Assembly: GCA_964016885.1 (NCBI GenBank)
Contig: OZ024740.1
Location: forward strand, 2,170,001 to 2,234,000
Length of the DNA stretch: 64,000 bases
Source: Eledone cirrhosa
Taxonomy: Eukaryota
Direction of reading: 5' to 3'
The translations under genes were made by a program, and so were the position numbers. Shown here in pieces: positions 39,959-53,574 of this stretch. Positions within the stretch are counted from its first letter, which is position 1, and each line of letters starts with the position of its first letter. Under the pieces are notes generated by a model that was given only the letters and a program-made list of their open reading frames with translations, searched no databases and had not been told where the DNA came from.

Positions 39959-40020
<62 letters not shown>

Positions 40021-40086
40021 TAAGGAACCAGGTGGACCATAACGCACCAAAGTACTCAATACTTGGGGTAGTAGAGTGGGTAATAG

Positions 40087-40207
40087 GAACCAGTAAGACC
40101 CCGACGGCTGAGCTCAAGCCGTTTCGACGGCTAATTCTGGACTAAAATTTAGTCCAGAATTAGCCGTCGGAACGGCTTGAGCTCAGCCGTCGGGGTCTTA
40201 CTGGTTC
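40087..40207. repeat. 121-bp near-perfect hairpin with a hammerhead 3' half
   Basis: 60-bp arms, 1-nt spacer, one mismatch. Minus strand of the left arm reads GAAA-CGGCttgagctcaGCCG-TC-ggggtc. Related fragment at ~40685-40730. Confidence 0.9.
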
Positions 40208-40811
40208 ATATATATATATATATATGTGTGTGTGTGCGTGTGAAAAACGATGTTATCTCTGATTGAGACGAAGCGAGAGTGTATTTGATTACATATAAAA
40301 ATTAGAAAACTCATCACTAAAACAGTTAAATGTTGTCAAAAACAGCAATGGTCAAAGGTGCCTCAGAGACCAGTGGCCAACAGAGAGGCAATCCACAAAA
40401 TGAGTGACAGGCAGATGAAATATAAAAAAATAGAAAGAGGAAGAGGTCAAGAAGTGAGATGGCATTCAGAAGTAACCAGAAGAGGAATCATCATCATCAT
40501 CATCATCGTTTAACGTCCATGTTCCACACTTGCATGGGTTTGGACGGGGGTTTTCTCACTTGAGGCAAGAGTGGTTGTCTTGCTCGCATAGGACTGCCTG
40601 GCGGGTTTTCTACAGCTGGATGCCCTTCCTAACACCAACCACATTTACAATATATCTATATATATATATATATATATGAAAAATTCTGGACCCCGACGAC
40701 TGAGCTCCAGCCGTTTCAACAGCTGGATCCAAACAGTGTTCAATTTTACCGCAGCATGGAAGATGGATGTTAAACGATGATGATGATGATATATGTATGT
40801 ATGTATGTATG

Positions 40812-43800
40812 TGTCAGGTTGCTCTCGGGTGCTACTGGTAACATGTAACCCAGTACAACCTGTCTCATGGTCGGGCCGTCGGTGACTAAACCGGCAACCC
40901 TACCAAGCTTGCTTGGTGGGGAGGGTGATATTTGGACACCCTGCGGGATGAAATACAAGACCCGGCAAAGGGCGGAGAAACTCAGCAGAGTCAACGGCCA
41001 TCCAAATAGTACTTGTTTTTTTTTTTTTTACCTGGGAGTGAAGGGCCCCCTGTTGTTGTCACAATACCTTTCTGGGAGAGGGAAACTCTGAAAAAAAAGC
41101 CTGCGGCTTTGGAAGCATCCGATGATGTTGACCAGTTCTCTTTCTCGGGTAGTGTTTTCGATGGTCAGAGAGTGGGATTGGTCACGTCAAGGCCTTTCCC
41201 ACTTAAAAAACCTTCAAAGTACAGGCATCGCTTGTTCAGGATCTGTTAGAGGTTCGTGTGGCTGGCCGTAGCCTAAAAGTGCACCAAACTCTGTGATGAT
41301 GATAACCTTGAAGTCAATGGCAGTAAGGGCTCTGGAACTTACTGTGAAGGGGTCTGGCACGGCAGGTGTCCCATGGCACCGCAGCGTGGGCCCGGTCGTC
41401 ATCCTACAACTGCAAGGAGGTTCAAACCTCTGAATATTGGATGTTGGAATGTAAGAAATTTACTGGATTCCCAGTCCAGTAAAACTCGCCCTGAAAGATC
41501 TGCTTTTGGTGTCAAGGGAACTCGATCGCTAAAGCATGGACCTCGTTGCTCTTTCAGAAACGAGATTGGCAGGTGAGGGTCAATTCACAGAACAGGAGGG
41601 AGGATATACCTTCTATTGGAGTGGTGGAGCAGAGAGATGTAGGAGAGAGGCATGGGTCGCATTTGCAGTCAGGAATAGAATCATCTCAAAGCTGGAAAAT
41701 CTTCCTTGTGGATTCAATGATCGGATAATGTCCATGAGAGTCCCTCTGATTCAAAACCACTTTGTGACTCTGGTCAGTGTGTACGCTCCTACTATGTGTG
41801 CTAGTGATGATGAAAAACTAAGTTTCTACATGCCTTCATGTCTTTGAGAGAGGTCATCCATGGTATACCTAATGCAGACAAGATTGTCATCCTTGGTGAT
41901 TTTAATGCATGTGTTGGTAATGACTGGGAAGCTTGGAGTGTGATGGGCAGGCATGGAGTAGGTAAGTGCAATAACAATGGCCTACTTCTGTTGCAGATGT
42001 GCATTGAGATGGATCTTGTTGTTGGGAACACACTCTTTCAGCAGAAAGACAAATATAAGACAACTTGGATGCATCCAGGTTCCAAGAAGTGGCACCTTAT
42101 TGACTTCGTTTTAACGAGAAAACGTGATATCAGGGATATCACATTGGTTCGTGTATTGCGTGGCGCAGAATGTTGGACTGATCATCGTTTGGTGCGCGCC
42201 AAGTTTCAATTTATTGTGAAGCCCAAAGTAAGGGGGAAGAAGGCTGCACTTCCAAGAGAACTAAACGTGGCTCGTCTGAAAACAGAGAACGTCAGAGCTG
42301 AGCTGTCGAGGTCCCTGGAGTCCATGGAATGTGAAAACACTTGGGAATCATTGAAGAAAACCGTCTATGATGTTAGTGCTGGAGTTTTGGGTCATACCAA
42401 TAGAAAGCATAAAGACTGGTTCGATGAAAATGATCCAGTGATCCAGACCTTGCTTGAAGAGAAACAAAAAGTGCTGACGTCATTGTTGAGTGAGACATGT
42501 TCTGACAGGAGTGACCGGACCTTCAGGCAGATCAAGGCACATGTGCAACATCGATTGAGAGCTATACAGGATACCTGGTGGAGCCAAAAGGCTGATGAAA
42601 TCCAGAAGGCTTCAGATAAACATGATACAAAGCTCCTATAGAGTCTGCTCAGGGAGGTGTATGGTCCGACCGGTTCACAAATATCACCACTTCGCTCCGG
42701 GGACGGCAAGGAATTGCTCAGAGATCCGAAGGAAATCCTGATCAGGTGGCATGACCACTTTGATGAGCTTCTCAACAGACCATCAGAAATTGATGATGAG
42801 TTGATCCGGTCGATTCCATTCAGACCTACAAAGCTGGCAATGGCTGATCCTCCTTCATTTGATGAGGTGGTGAAGGCCATTGCCAAATTAAACAGCGGCA
42901 AGTCACCTGGAATGGATGGACTGAGTGCCAAGATTTTCAAGTGTGCTGGTGATAACTTCTGAAACCGCCTCACTGATCTCTTTGTGAATGTTTGGAATGA
43001 AGATGTACCACAGGACTGGAGAGATGCATTGATGGTGGTACTTTACAAAGGAAAAGGAGCCAAAGATGACTGTGGCAACTACAGAGGTATTTCACTGCTA
43101 TCTGTGGCTGGGAAGATCTTGTGCAGGATATTGTTGAACAGATTGATACAGCACATTGCTGTTGAGGTACTTCCTGAGTCCCAATGTGGCTTTAAGAATG
43201 GCAGAGGCACTGTTGACATGATCTTCTCGGCCAAACAGCTTCAAGAGAAATGCATTGAGCAGCGCATGGACTTATACCAAGTTTTTGTCGATTTGACACC
43301 GTTAATCAGAAGGCTTTGTGGGTTATTTTGGAGAGATTGGGATGTCCTGAAAAGTTTGTGAACATTCTGAAACTCTTCCACGATGACATGCAGGCATGGG
43401 TGAATGTTGGAGGTAAACTGTCTGAGCCAATCTCGGTTGAAAATGGTGTCAAGCAGGCCTTCAAGGATTGTCAACATGGTATCTATCTCAGATATCACAC
43501 TTCCGGCAGGCTGTTTAACCTTAGGCATCTCACTGCCAACACTAAGGTACTGAGTACCTTGATCAGAGAATTTTTATATGCAGATGATTGTGATCTCTTT
43601 GCACACTCCCAGAGTGTCATGCAACACCTTATGGATTCTTTTTCCAATGCATGCAGTGCTTTGGGACTGACAATCAGTCTGAAGAAGACTGTCGTCATGT
43701 ACCAACCTGCTCCAGATAAAGTTTTCAATGAACCCTCCATATATGTATACGGTCAAAAGCTGAAGGCTGCTGACACATTTGTGTATTTGGGGAGTACTCT

Positions 43801-44690
43801 GAGCGTGACCTGCTCTCTGGATGCAGAAGTCGGTCTACGTGTTAGTAAGGCAAGTGAGTCATTTGGAAGGCTCAACGATCGTCTTTGGTGCAGGCGAGGA
43901 ATAACAATGAGGACCAAGGTAAGAGTGTATGCTGCATGTGTAATGTCAGCTTTGCTGTATGCATGTGAGACATGGGTTGCCTACAAACGGCATATCCACA
44001 GACTGGAACGGTTTCACCAGCAGTGTCTCAGAAAAATGCTTCGTATCAAGTGGCAGATGCATGTGAGTGATGTTGAGGTCCTTGAGAGAAGTGAGTGTCG
44101 GAGCATTGAGAGTATCATCCACCAACGGCGTTTGCGATGGACCAGACACCTCTGCAGAATGGAGGATGATCGAATTCCAAAACAACTCTTGCATGGCGAG
44201 CTTTGTGAGGGTAAGAGACCACCTCACAATCTAAGGCCCCAATTCAAGGATTGTGTAAAGGACTCATTGAAAAAAACAGGGTTGATGGTGGCTGACTGGG
44301 AGATAGAAGCTCTTGAAAGAGAAACTTGGCGTGGAATGGTGAATGATGGGGTCCATAATTTTGAGGACAGACGCATAGAGCACGAGAAGATCAAACAGGA
44401 TGTGCGTAAGCAATGCCCTGGTGTATCTCTCGAAACGATCGGTGTCTCCATTGAAATGAAGTGCCCTGAGTGTGGAAAAATTTGCTTGAGCAAATCTGGT
44501 CTCAGGAGCCACAGTCGCAGCCATGTTCAAAGAGAACCAGTGAAGTATGATCTCCACGGTGTTGTGAGGGTTCACGGGCAACCTGATGCAGGACCTCAAG
44601 CCAGGGAGATCCGTAGTTGTCAGTGTGTGAAGGAGTGCAAGTCTCTAGCAGGCTTGAAAAGCCATATCCGAGCGTCCCACATCTGAATCT
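40812..44690 (+). mobile_element. Near full-length, disabled BovB-like RTE LINE (APE + RT + C-terminal C2H2 fingers)
   Basis: LNIGCWNVRNL, ALSETR, SVYAPT, LGDFNA, HLIDFV, TDHRLV; NYRGISLL, ESQCGF, LYADD, FVYLGS; CPECGKICLSKSGLRSHSRSH. Several frameshifts and stops. Confidence 0.93.
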
Positions 44691-44699
44691 GACAAGCGA

Positions 44700-47600
44700 T
44701 TGCAATCTGTCTTTTTTGTTATTTATGTTAAATACGGGAGTTTTTGTCGTATTGAACAAATCTTGTATTTTTTTTTTTTTTTTTTTTTTTTGTTAATCGC
44801 TTGTTAAACACGGGGATCTCATACAATCCTAACCTTCCAACCAACCTTAATTCCTTTAATTCCTTAATTCTATCGTATTCTCAAAACAAAATAAAATCCT
44901 TCCCTTCTTCTGCTTCTTATAAATTCCTTTAAATATATTATGCTACTTTCGAAAACTCTAAAATCCCGCTTCTACCCCTAGACCCCCTCCCTCTACTTCA
45001 CGAGGGCCTGCGGTCAGCCACCCCAATACCTACATCCATCTCTCTCTCTCTCTCTCCCCCCCTCCCCCTCTCTCTCTCTTAGCTACATATATATATAAGA
45101 TAAAAACTCCCCTTCAAGTTTACTCACTTTCGCCAATTCATGTGCTGTCCCTACTACGGTGTACCATGTAATCGTAACGTACACATTTTTCTATCTACTC
45201 CACGCTTCAATTTCGTACCTAGTCCAAACATCCAATCTTGCAAAATCCTAAATGTAGCGAACGTTTTCCTAAAGCAAATCTGTATTTTTTGTTATTTATG
45301 TTGAATACGGGAGTTTTTGTTGTATTGAACAGAACAAATCTTGTATTTTTGTTTTTTGTTAATCGCTTGTTAAACACGGGGATCTCATACAATCCTAACC
45401 TTCCAGCTAGCTACCCAACACCCCTCCCACCCGCCCCCACGCACCACCATTGTTATTACGTGGACCAATCATAAGCCAGAGCCCCCACGCATCACCATTA
45501 TTATTACGCGGACAAATCATAAGCCAGAGGCCTATACTATCGCTTGCCCGGTTGCCTTTCGATATATGATGGATGGATGGACTGCGGAATCCTGGAGAGT
45601 GGTAGAGAGAGAAAAATCTGGACGCTCAGCGACAATGCCAAAGATAAAGACAAATTCACCTCTTGGACGAGAATGCGAGCACTCCTCTTTGTTACGACCG
45701 CGGACGGCTAACATAACCCCATCTCCCACCGCCCCCCACCGCCCCCAACCTCCAAACGCAATCCAAAACTTCAGAGTTGGTACCATAAATGTAGGCACCC
45801 TAAAGGGTCGCGCTAACGAGGTTGTAGAAATGCTTGAACATAAGGAGGTCGATGTTTGTTGTTTTCAAGAGACCAGGTGGAGGGGTGGGTCTGATAGATT
45901 CATTGAGGGTAAAAAACGATGTTATAAGCTTTTCTGGGTGGGAAACGACGATGGGCTGGGTGGAGTAGGAATCATGGTAGCAGAAAAGTGGACGGATAAG
46001 ATAATAGACGTAAATAGAGTGAACGACAGAATAATTAAAATACGACTTGTCCTCAATAGAACTACGGTGACAGTAATATCTGCGTACGCACCCCAGTCCG
46101 GACTGCCCGGCACTATAAAAGACAGATTCTATGAGACACTGATGCTCACTACCTCCCAAATAACCGACAGTGACTATATAATTATTGCAGGCGACCTAAA
46201 TGGTCACGTTGGACAACATTGTGACGGCTACGACAAAATCCATGGAGGCTATGGGTTTGGTACTAGAAATGAGGAAGGCTCCAGAATCCTGGAATTCTGT
46301 GATGCAAATAACCTAACTATCTGTAACACTAACTTCAAAAAACGTGACAATCACCTGATCACCTATAGATCCGGGGAACACACAAGCCAGGTAGATTATA
46401 TCCTTACCAGAAGACGTGACAGAGTGTCTGTTGTAAACACTAAATCCCTCCCCCATGAAGAATGCACCTCCCAACATAGACTGATAATTAGCGACCTCAT
46501 AGTCAGGACGAGACGTACTCGACAGCAGAAGAGGACTATCCTCAGGAGAAAAATATGGAAGCTAAAGGACCCCACAGCCAGAAATAAATTTCAAAGCATA
46601 TTACTTGATGCTTTCGACAGTAAGGAAGAGCATTTAGAGTCGGACAATATAGAGGGACAGTGGGAATTTCTGAAAGCAAACCTGCTGATGGCGACAGACG
46701 AAGTCTGTGGCTGGAGCAGGCCTGTAGGCATGAGGAGAGTAACATGGTGGTGGAACAGTAAGGTGGAGGGGTCAATTAAGGCCAAAAAGCAGGCTTGGAA
46801 AGTATGGCGGGATGGGGGAAGTAGAGAAGACTATCAAGTGGCCAGGAGGGAAGCTAGGAGACAAGTGTACTTCACAAGAAGGGAAGCAGAGGAAAGAAAG
46901 TTCAAGCATGTTCTACAACGCGAGGACCAAAAACGTGAGGTGTTCAGGATTGCTAAGCAATGTGTCAAGGAAAACCGTGATATTGTCGGGGAGAAGTGTG
47001 TACTTAATGATGACGGCGTACTTGCCATCACCGACGCTGATAAGAAGGTAGCTTGGAAGTGTCACTATGAAAGGCTACTAAATGAGGAGAATAAATGGGA
47101 GAAAGACAGTCTCCCCCACATCGACCCAATAGAGGGACCAGCAGTGTTAGTCGAGGGGAGTATAATAAGTAAGGCAATCAAGGATATGGGCCTTCGGAAA
47201 TAGTTGCTGAGATGCTGAAGGCATCTGGCACGGTGGGACACACCATGGTCACCCGCATAGTTAACCAAGTCGTACAGAATGGGGTTGTTCCGAAGGACTG
47301 GCATAGCAGCATCATCGTTAACTGTTATAAGGGTAAAGGAGATGCCCTAGATAGGAGTAACTATAGAGGCATTAAATTAATCGACCAGGTCATGAAGGTC
47401 ACGGAAAAAGTAATAGCGCAACTAATCAGAGAGAGAATTGAACTCCTATACGCAGACGACCTGACACTCATAGCTGAATCAATGGCCGAGCTAAAGAAGA
47501 AATTCCAAACATGGAAGCACGGCCTAGAATCAAAAGGACTTAAAATTAACCTGGCTAAGACTAAAGTTCTAGTTTGTAGGAAAGAAAATAAGGCGGCGGT

Positions 47601-48792
47601 CCCTTCTGGGAAATGGCCATGCTCAGTGTGTAGGAAAGGCGTAGGTAGAAACTCCATTTTATGTCCCAAATGCAAAGTATGGGTGCATAAAAGATGTAGT
47701 GGGATCACAGGTAAGCTAACTAAGAACATAGATTTTACATGTGGCCGGTGCTCTGGTGCAATAAGTAGCAGCAAGTGCCCACAAAATACTAGCTCTTTCA
47801 ATTGCGCAGAGGGTTCTATAGAAATAGTGGACAGCTTCCGTTACCTGGGCGATAAAATCAGCAGTGGGGGAGGGTGCTCTGAAAGTACAGTAGCTAGAGT
47901 CAGAACTGGTTGGAAAAAGTTCAGAGAGCTTATACCACTATTAGCTGCTAAAGGGTTCTCCCTAAAAATGAAAGGCAGGTTGTACGATGCCTGCATACGA
48001 ACAGCAATGTTGCATGGCAGTGAGACCTGGGCATTGTGTGCAGAGGATATACGCAGACTAGAGAGGAACGAAGCTTGCATGCTCCGCTGGATGTGTAACA
48101 GTAATATACGTGAACGGCAAAGCATAAACGAACTAAGGAAAAAATTAGAAATAAGAGGGATCAGATGTTGTTTACTCGAGAGAAGGCTACGTTGGTATGG
48201 ACACGTGATGCGCACGAAAGTCGATAGCTGTATAACAAAGTGCAGGGCAATAAAGATAGACGGTAACCACGGAATAGGCAGACCTAGAAAAACCTGGGAC
48301 GAGCTGATAAACTCCGACCTCACACACTTACACCTCTCCAAGACAATGTCACTGGACCGAGACCTTTGGCGGTACTCAGTAACAGAGAAGACCCGCCTTA
48401 CCTAAATATATAGTAAAACCTACTACAGCCAGTAGGCATCTCTAACAAAATACACCCCGTCCCACCACCCCCACCCCATCCACACCACCCCGTTCTATGT
48501 AAAGTTATGTTGGTGCCGCGCCATCCAGGCCGAAACAAATGAGATCGTGTAGGTGTCACGACAAAAAAACACACAGTCCACGCTGTAATGTGGCCGTGTA
48601 GGCAACACGGTAAAAACCTCCCAGACCCACACTGTAAATGTGGTTGGTGTTAGGAAGGGCATCCAACTGTAGAAAACCTGCCAGACTGTCCTATGCGAGC
48701 AAGACAATCACTCTTGCCTCAAGTGGGAATACCCCCATCCAAACCCATGCAAGCGTGGAACACGGACGTTAAACGTTGATGATGATGATGAT
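44700..48792 (+). mobile_element. Near full-length RTE LINE (family 1) with APE, internally deleted RT and a repeat-containing 5' region
   Basis: ORF 45566-47203 (GTINVGTL, QETRW, SAYAPQ, GDLNGH, QVDYIL, SQHRL) and ORF 47212-48405; (GAT)n tail. The 5' boundary is uncertain. Confidence 0.92.
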
Positions 48793-49505
48793 ATATGATT
48801 GTACCAGAGTTTTCAAGTTACTGGCTGGACTAAAAAGTCACACTCGTTCAGCGCATCGGTAGGAGTTCTCCTACATGGATATAAAGTAGTGGCCGTACTC
48901 GAAAACGAGTTGGCAGCCACCATATATATATAAATATATATATATATTTTTTTTTTTTTATTGTACTACCAAAACAATCATCTGACAGTGTGGACTGGGT
49001 GCTTTTTTATAGTAGCATCAGCACAACCACCTTACAGAATGGACTGGAAGTTCTTTGTCATGTCATCATCATGACAACCATACAGGGTGGACTGAGTGCA
49101 TTTTGTCATGTTACAAACATGACCACCTTATGGGGTAGCCTGAGTACTTTACAGGGTGGCCTAAGTAGTTTGTGTTGTGGTCACAAAACTGTGTGAGAGC
49201 AGGTGGTGATTATGTCCAATTTTCCATGCTTGTATGCATCACTTGGACAGAAGGTGTATCAGGCTAAGCTGACCTTGGCAGGATTTGAACTGAGAGAGCA
49301 GTAAGCCAAAATAAATACCACAAAGCACTCTATTTGATGTTCTAATGACTCTGCCAATTCACAGCCCAACACTAAACTACCAAATGATAAATGAAATATC
49401 AATCAATGAAGAGGAACTTGATATAGGTCCTGGCTTGTCGTCCTCTGCTAGTTTTTCCTTGTGTATGTTCCCACAAAAGAACTTCACTAATAATTTTGTC
49501 TTTAA

Positions 49506-52352
49506 CCCTTTAGCATTTAAACCGGCTGTATCCGGCCAGAATTCTTTCACCTCTTTCTGTTCAAACCAGCTGTAATTGGCTGCTAGTACTAATGTTAAGG
49601 TATTGTTCTCAAAATAAATAACATTAAAATCTCATAGATTCGATATTATGTGGGATAATTATGTGAGGTAAAGCCTTTACTGTGAAAATACAATAGTATA
49701 TATAGAGTAATGTAAATGTTATGCGAGATATTATGTGAGGTAAAGCCTTTACTGTGAAAATACAATAGTATATATAGAGTAATGTAAATGTTATGCGAGA
49801 TATTATGTGAGGTAAAGCCTTTACTGTGAAAATACAATAGTAAATATAGAGTAATGTAAATGTTATGTGGGATAATTATGTGAGGTAAAGCCTTTACTGT
49901 GAAAATACAATAGTATATATAGAGTAATGTAAATGTTATGCGAGATATTATGTGAGGTAAAGCCTTTACTGTGAAAATACAATAGTATATATAGAGTAAT
50001 GTAAATGTTATGCGAGATATGTGAGGTAAAGCCTTTACTGTGAAAATACAATAGTAAATATAGAGTAATGTAAATGTTATGTGAGATATTATGTGAGGTA
50101 AAGCCTTTACTGTGAAAATACAATAGTATATATAGAGTAATGTAAATGTTATGCGAGATATGTGAGGTAAAGCCTTTACTGTGAAAATACAATAGTAAAT
50201 ATAGAGTAATGTAAATGTTATGTGAGATATTATGTGAGGTAAAGCCTTTACTGTGAAAATACAATAGTATATATAGAGTAATGTAAATGTTATGTAAGAT
50301 ATTATGTGAGGTAAAGCCTTTACTGTGAAAATACAATAGTAAATATAGAGTAATGTAAATGTTATGTGAGATATAATGTGAGGTAAAGCCTTTACTGTGA
50401 AAATACAATAGTATATATAGAGTAATGTAAATGTTATGCGAGATATGTGAGGTAAAGCCTTTACTGTGAAAATACAATAGTATATATAGAGTAATGTAAA
50501 TGTTATGCGAGATATGTGAGGTAAAGCCTTTACTGTGAAAATACAATAGTAAATATAGAATAATGTAAATGTTATGTGAGATATAATGTGAGGTAAAGCC
50601 TTTACTGTGAAAATACAATAGTATATATAGAGTAATGTAAATGTTATGTGAGATATGTGAGGTAAAGCCTTTACTGTGAAAATACAATAGTAAATATAGA
50701 ATAATGTAAATGTTATGTGAGATATTATGTGAGGTAAAGCCTTTACTGTGAAAATACAATAGTATATATAGAGTAATGTAAATGTTATGCGAGATATAAT
50801 GTGAGGTAAAGCCTTTACTGTGAAAATACAATAGTATATATAGAGTAATGTAAATGTTATGCGAGATATGTGAGGTAAAGCCTTTACTGTGAAAATACAA
50901 TAGTAAATATAGAGTAATGTAAATGTTATGTGAGATATTATGTGAGGTAAAGCCTTTACTGTGAAAATACAATAGTATATATAGAGTAATGTAAATGTTA
51001 TGCGAGATATGTGAGGTAAAGCCTTTACTGTGAAAATACAATAGTAAATATAGAGTAATGTAAATGTTATGTGAGATATTATGTGAGGTAAAGCCTTTAC
51101 TGTGAAAATACAATAGTATATATAGAGTAATGTAAATGTTATGCGAGATATGTGAGGTAAAGCCTTTACTGTGAAAATACAATAGTAAATATAGAGTAAT
51201 GTAAATGTTATGTGAGATATTATGTGAGGTAAAGCCTTTACTGTGAAAATACAATAGTATATATAGAGTAATGTAAATGTTATGTAAGATATTATGTGAG
51301 GTAAAGCCTTTACTGTGAAAATACAATAGTAAATATAGAGTAATGTAAATGTTATGTGAGATATAATGTGAGGTAAAGCCTTTACTGTGAAAATACAATA
51401 GTATATATAGAGTAATGTAAATGTTATGCGAGATATGTGAGGTAAAGCCTTTACTGTGAAAATACAATAGTATATATAGAGTAATGTAAATGTTATGCGA
51501 GATATGTGAGGTAAAGCCTTTACTGTGAAAATACAATAGTAAATATAGAATAATGTAAATGTTATGTGAGATATAATGTGAGGTAAAGCCTTTACTGTGA
51601 AAATACAATAGTATATATAGAGTAATGTAAATGTTATGTGAGATATGTGAGGTAAAGCCTTTACTGTGAAAATACAATAGTAAATATAGAATAATGTAAA
51701 TGTTATGTGAGATATTATGTGAGGTAAAGCCTTTACTGTGAAAATACAATAGTATATATAGAGTAATGTAAATGTTATGCGAGATATAATGTGAGGTAAA
51801 GCCTTTACTGTGAAAATACAATAGTATATATAGAGTAATGTAAATGTTATGCGAGATATGTGAGGTAAAGCCTTTACTGTGAAAATACAATAGTAAATAT
51901 AGAGTAATGTAAATGTTATGTGAGATATTATGTGAGGTAAAGCCTTTACTGTGAAAATACAATAGTATATATAGAGTAATGTAAATGTTATGCGAGATAT
52001 TATGTGAGGTAAAGCCTTTACTGTGAAAATACAATCGTATATATAGAGTAATGTAAATGTTATGTGAGATATTATGTGAGGTAAAGCCTTTACTGTGAAA
52101 ATACAATCGTATATATAGAGTAATGTAAATGTTATGTGAGATATTATGTGAGGTAAAGCCTTTACTGTGAAAATACAATAGTATATATAGAGTAATGTAA
52201 ATGTTATGTGAGATATTATGTGAGGTAAAGCCTTTACTGTGAAAATACAATAGTATATATAGAGTAATGTAAATGTTATGCGAGATATGTGAGGTAAAGC
52301 CTTTACTGTGAAAATACAATAGTATATATAGAGCAATGTAAATGCTAAAGGG
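49506..52352. mobile_element. piggyBac-like MITE inflated by an internal satellite
   Basis: Same TIRs and left portion as 17314-17543 (TTAA|CCCTTTAGCATTTA ... TAAATGCTAAAGGG|TTAG). Confidence 0.85.
49645..52343. repeat. Tandem array of ~38 units of 72/69 bp
   Basis: Unit ATGTGAGGTAAAGCCTTTACTGTGAAAATACAATAGTATATATAGAGTAATGTAAATGTTATGYGAGAT(ATT). Confidence 0.97.
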
Positions 52353-52544
52353 TTAGTGTTTAACACCCTCTTATCATTACACCTGAGCTAAAGGGTTAAC
52401 TTTCCAGCAATTCCCTGTGAATATGACTCAACATTCTTTGATGACTTGCCGAATATGATGAAAAATAGACCTGGAAGACAACAACGAGTGGAATCCATGC
52501 AAACAGTGGAACCTGTTGATTGAAGAGGTACTCCCAGCAGTATT

Positions 52545-53570
52545 CTTTTAAATTGCTACAAAGGTAAAGGTGATGCTCTGGAGAGGAGCAATTATAGGGG
52601 CATAAAACTGATGGATCAGGTTATGAAAGTGGTAGAAAGGATATTAGTGCAACTAATTAGACAAAAGGTAAAATCAGATGAGATGCAGTTTGGTTTAGTG
52701 CCTGGGAAAAGTACAACAGATGCCCTCTTCTTAGTGAGACAACTACAAGAGAGTTTCTTAGAGATGAATAAGCCACTATACTTAGCTTTTGTTGACCTAG
52801 AGAAGGCCTGTGATAGGGTACCCTGATCTGTCATCTAGTGGTCCCTAAGGAAACTAGGTGTAGAGGAATGACTTGTGAGGAGAGTGCAAGCTATGTACAG
52901 GGGTGCTGTCAGTAAAGTGAGAGTAGGAATGGAGTTTAGTGAGGAATTCCAGATACAGGTAGGAGTACATCAGGGTTCGGTCCTCAGCCCACTCTTGTTC
53001 ATTATAGTCCTCCAAGCCATAACAGAGGAGTTTAAGACTGGATGCCCATGGGAACTTCTCTATGCTGACTATCTGGTTCTTATAGCAGAATCAGTAGAGG
53101 ATCTAGAGAATAAATGCTGGCTATGGAAACAGCAGTTGGAATCAAGAGGACTGAGAGTGAACCTAGCTAAGACTAAAGTGTTGATGAGTAGAAAAGAGGA
53201 TAAAACTCTGATTCCATCAGAGAAATGGCCATGTTCGATATGTAGAAAAGGAGTCGGCATGAATTCTATAGAATGTACACAATGCAGATCTTGGGTACAC
53301 AAGAGATGTAGTGGGATAGCAGGCAAACTAACAGGTATGGAAAACTACATATGCAGTAGATGTACAGGGAAATTTGACAGTAGAAGTCACAGTGATAGAC
53401 ACATTTTTCAAAAAATCATGGACAGGAGTGGTGAGAGCAAACCTCAGATTGTTGAAGCTCACGAAGGAGATGACAAAGGACCGTGACAAATGGAGAGATG
53501 CTGTGCTGAAAAGGACCCATCCCACCCTTGCAAGCAGGGAAAAGCGGACGTAAAATGATGATGATGATGA
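52545..53570 (+). mobile_element. RTE family-2 LINE fragment with internal deletion
   Basis: NYRGIKL, QFGL, VDLEKA, GVHQGSVLSP, PHD-like finger; tail CCCACCCTTGCAAGCAGGGAAAAGCGGACGTAAAA(TGA)n. Confidence 0.9.
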
Positions 53571-53574
53571 TAGA

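Larger units (their letters stand above)
34957..39964. repeat. ~5 kb near-perfect palindrome (two ~2.5 kb arms, 9-nt spacer 37452-37460)
   Basis: Mirror-image ORFs (36893-37411 minus and 37501-38019 plus are identical). Arms differ by 12 nt of microsatellite length and at least one substitution. Confidence 0.95.

Noticed and set aside
49646-52366. 906-aa and 818-aa repetitive ORFs; superficial CRISPR-like periodicity
   Set aside because: Unit lengths of 72 and 69 are multiples of 3, units are contiguous with no unique spacers, no cas genes are present, and the unit derives from a MITE.
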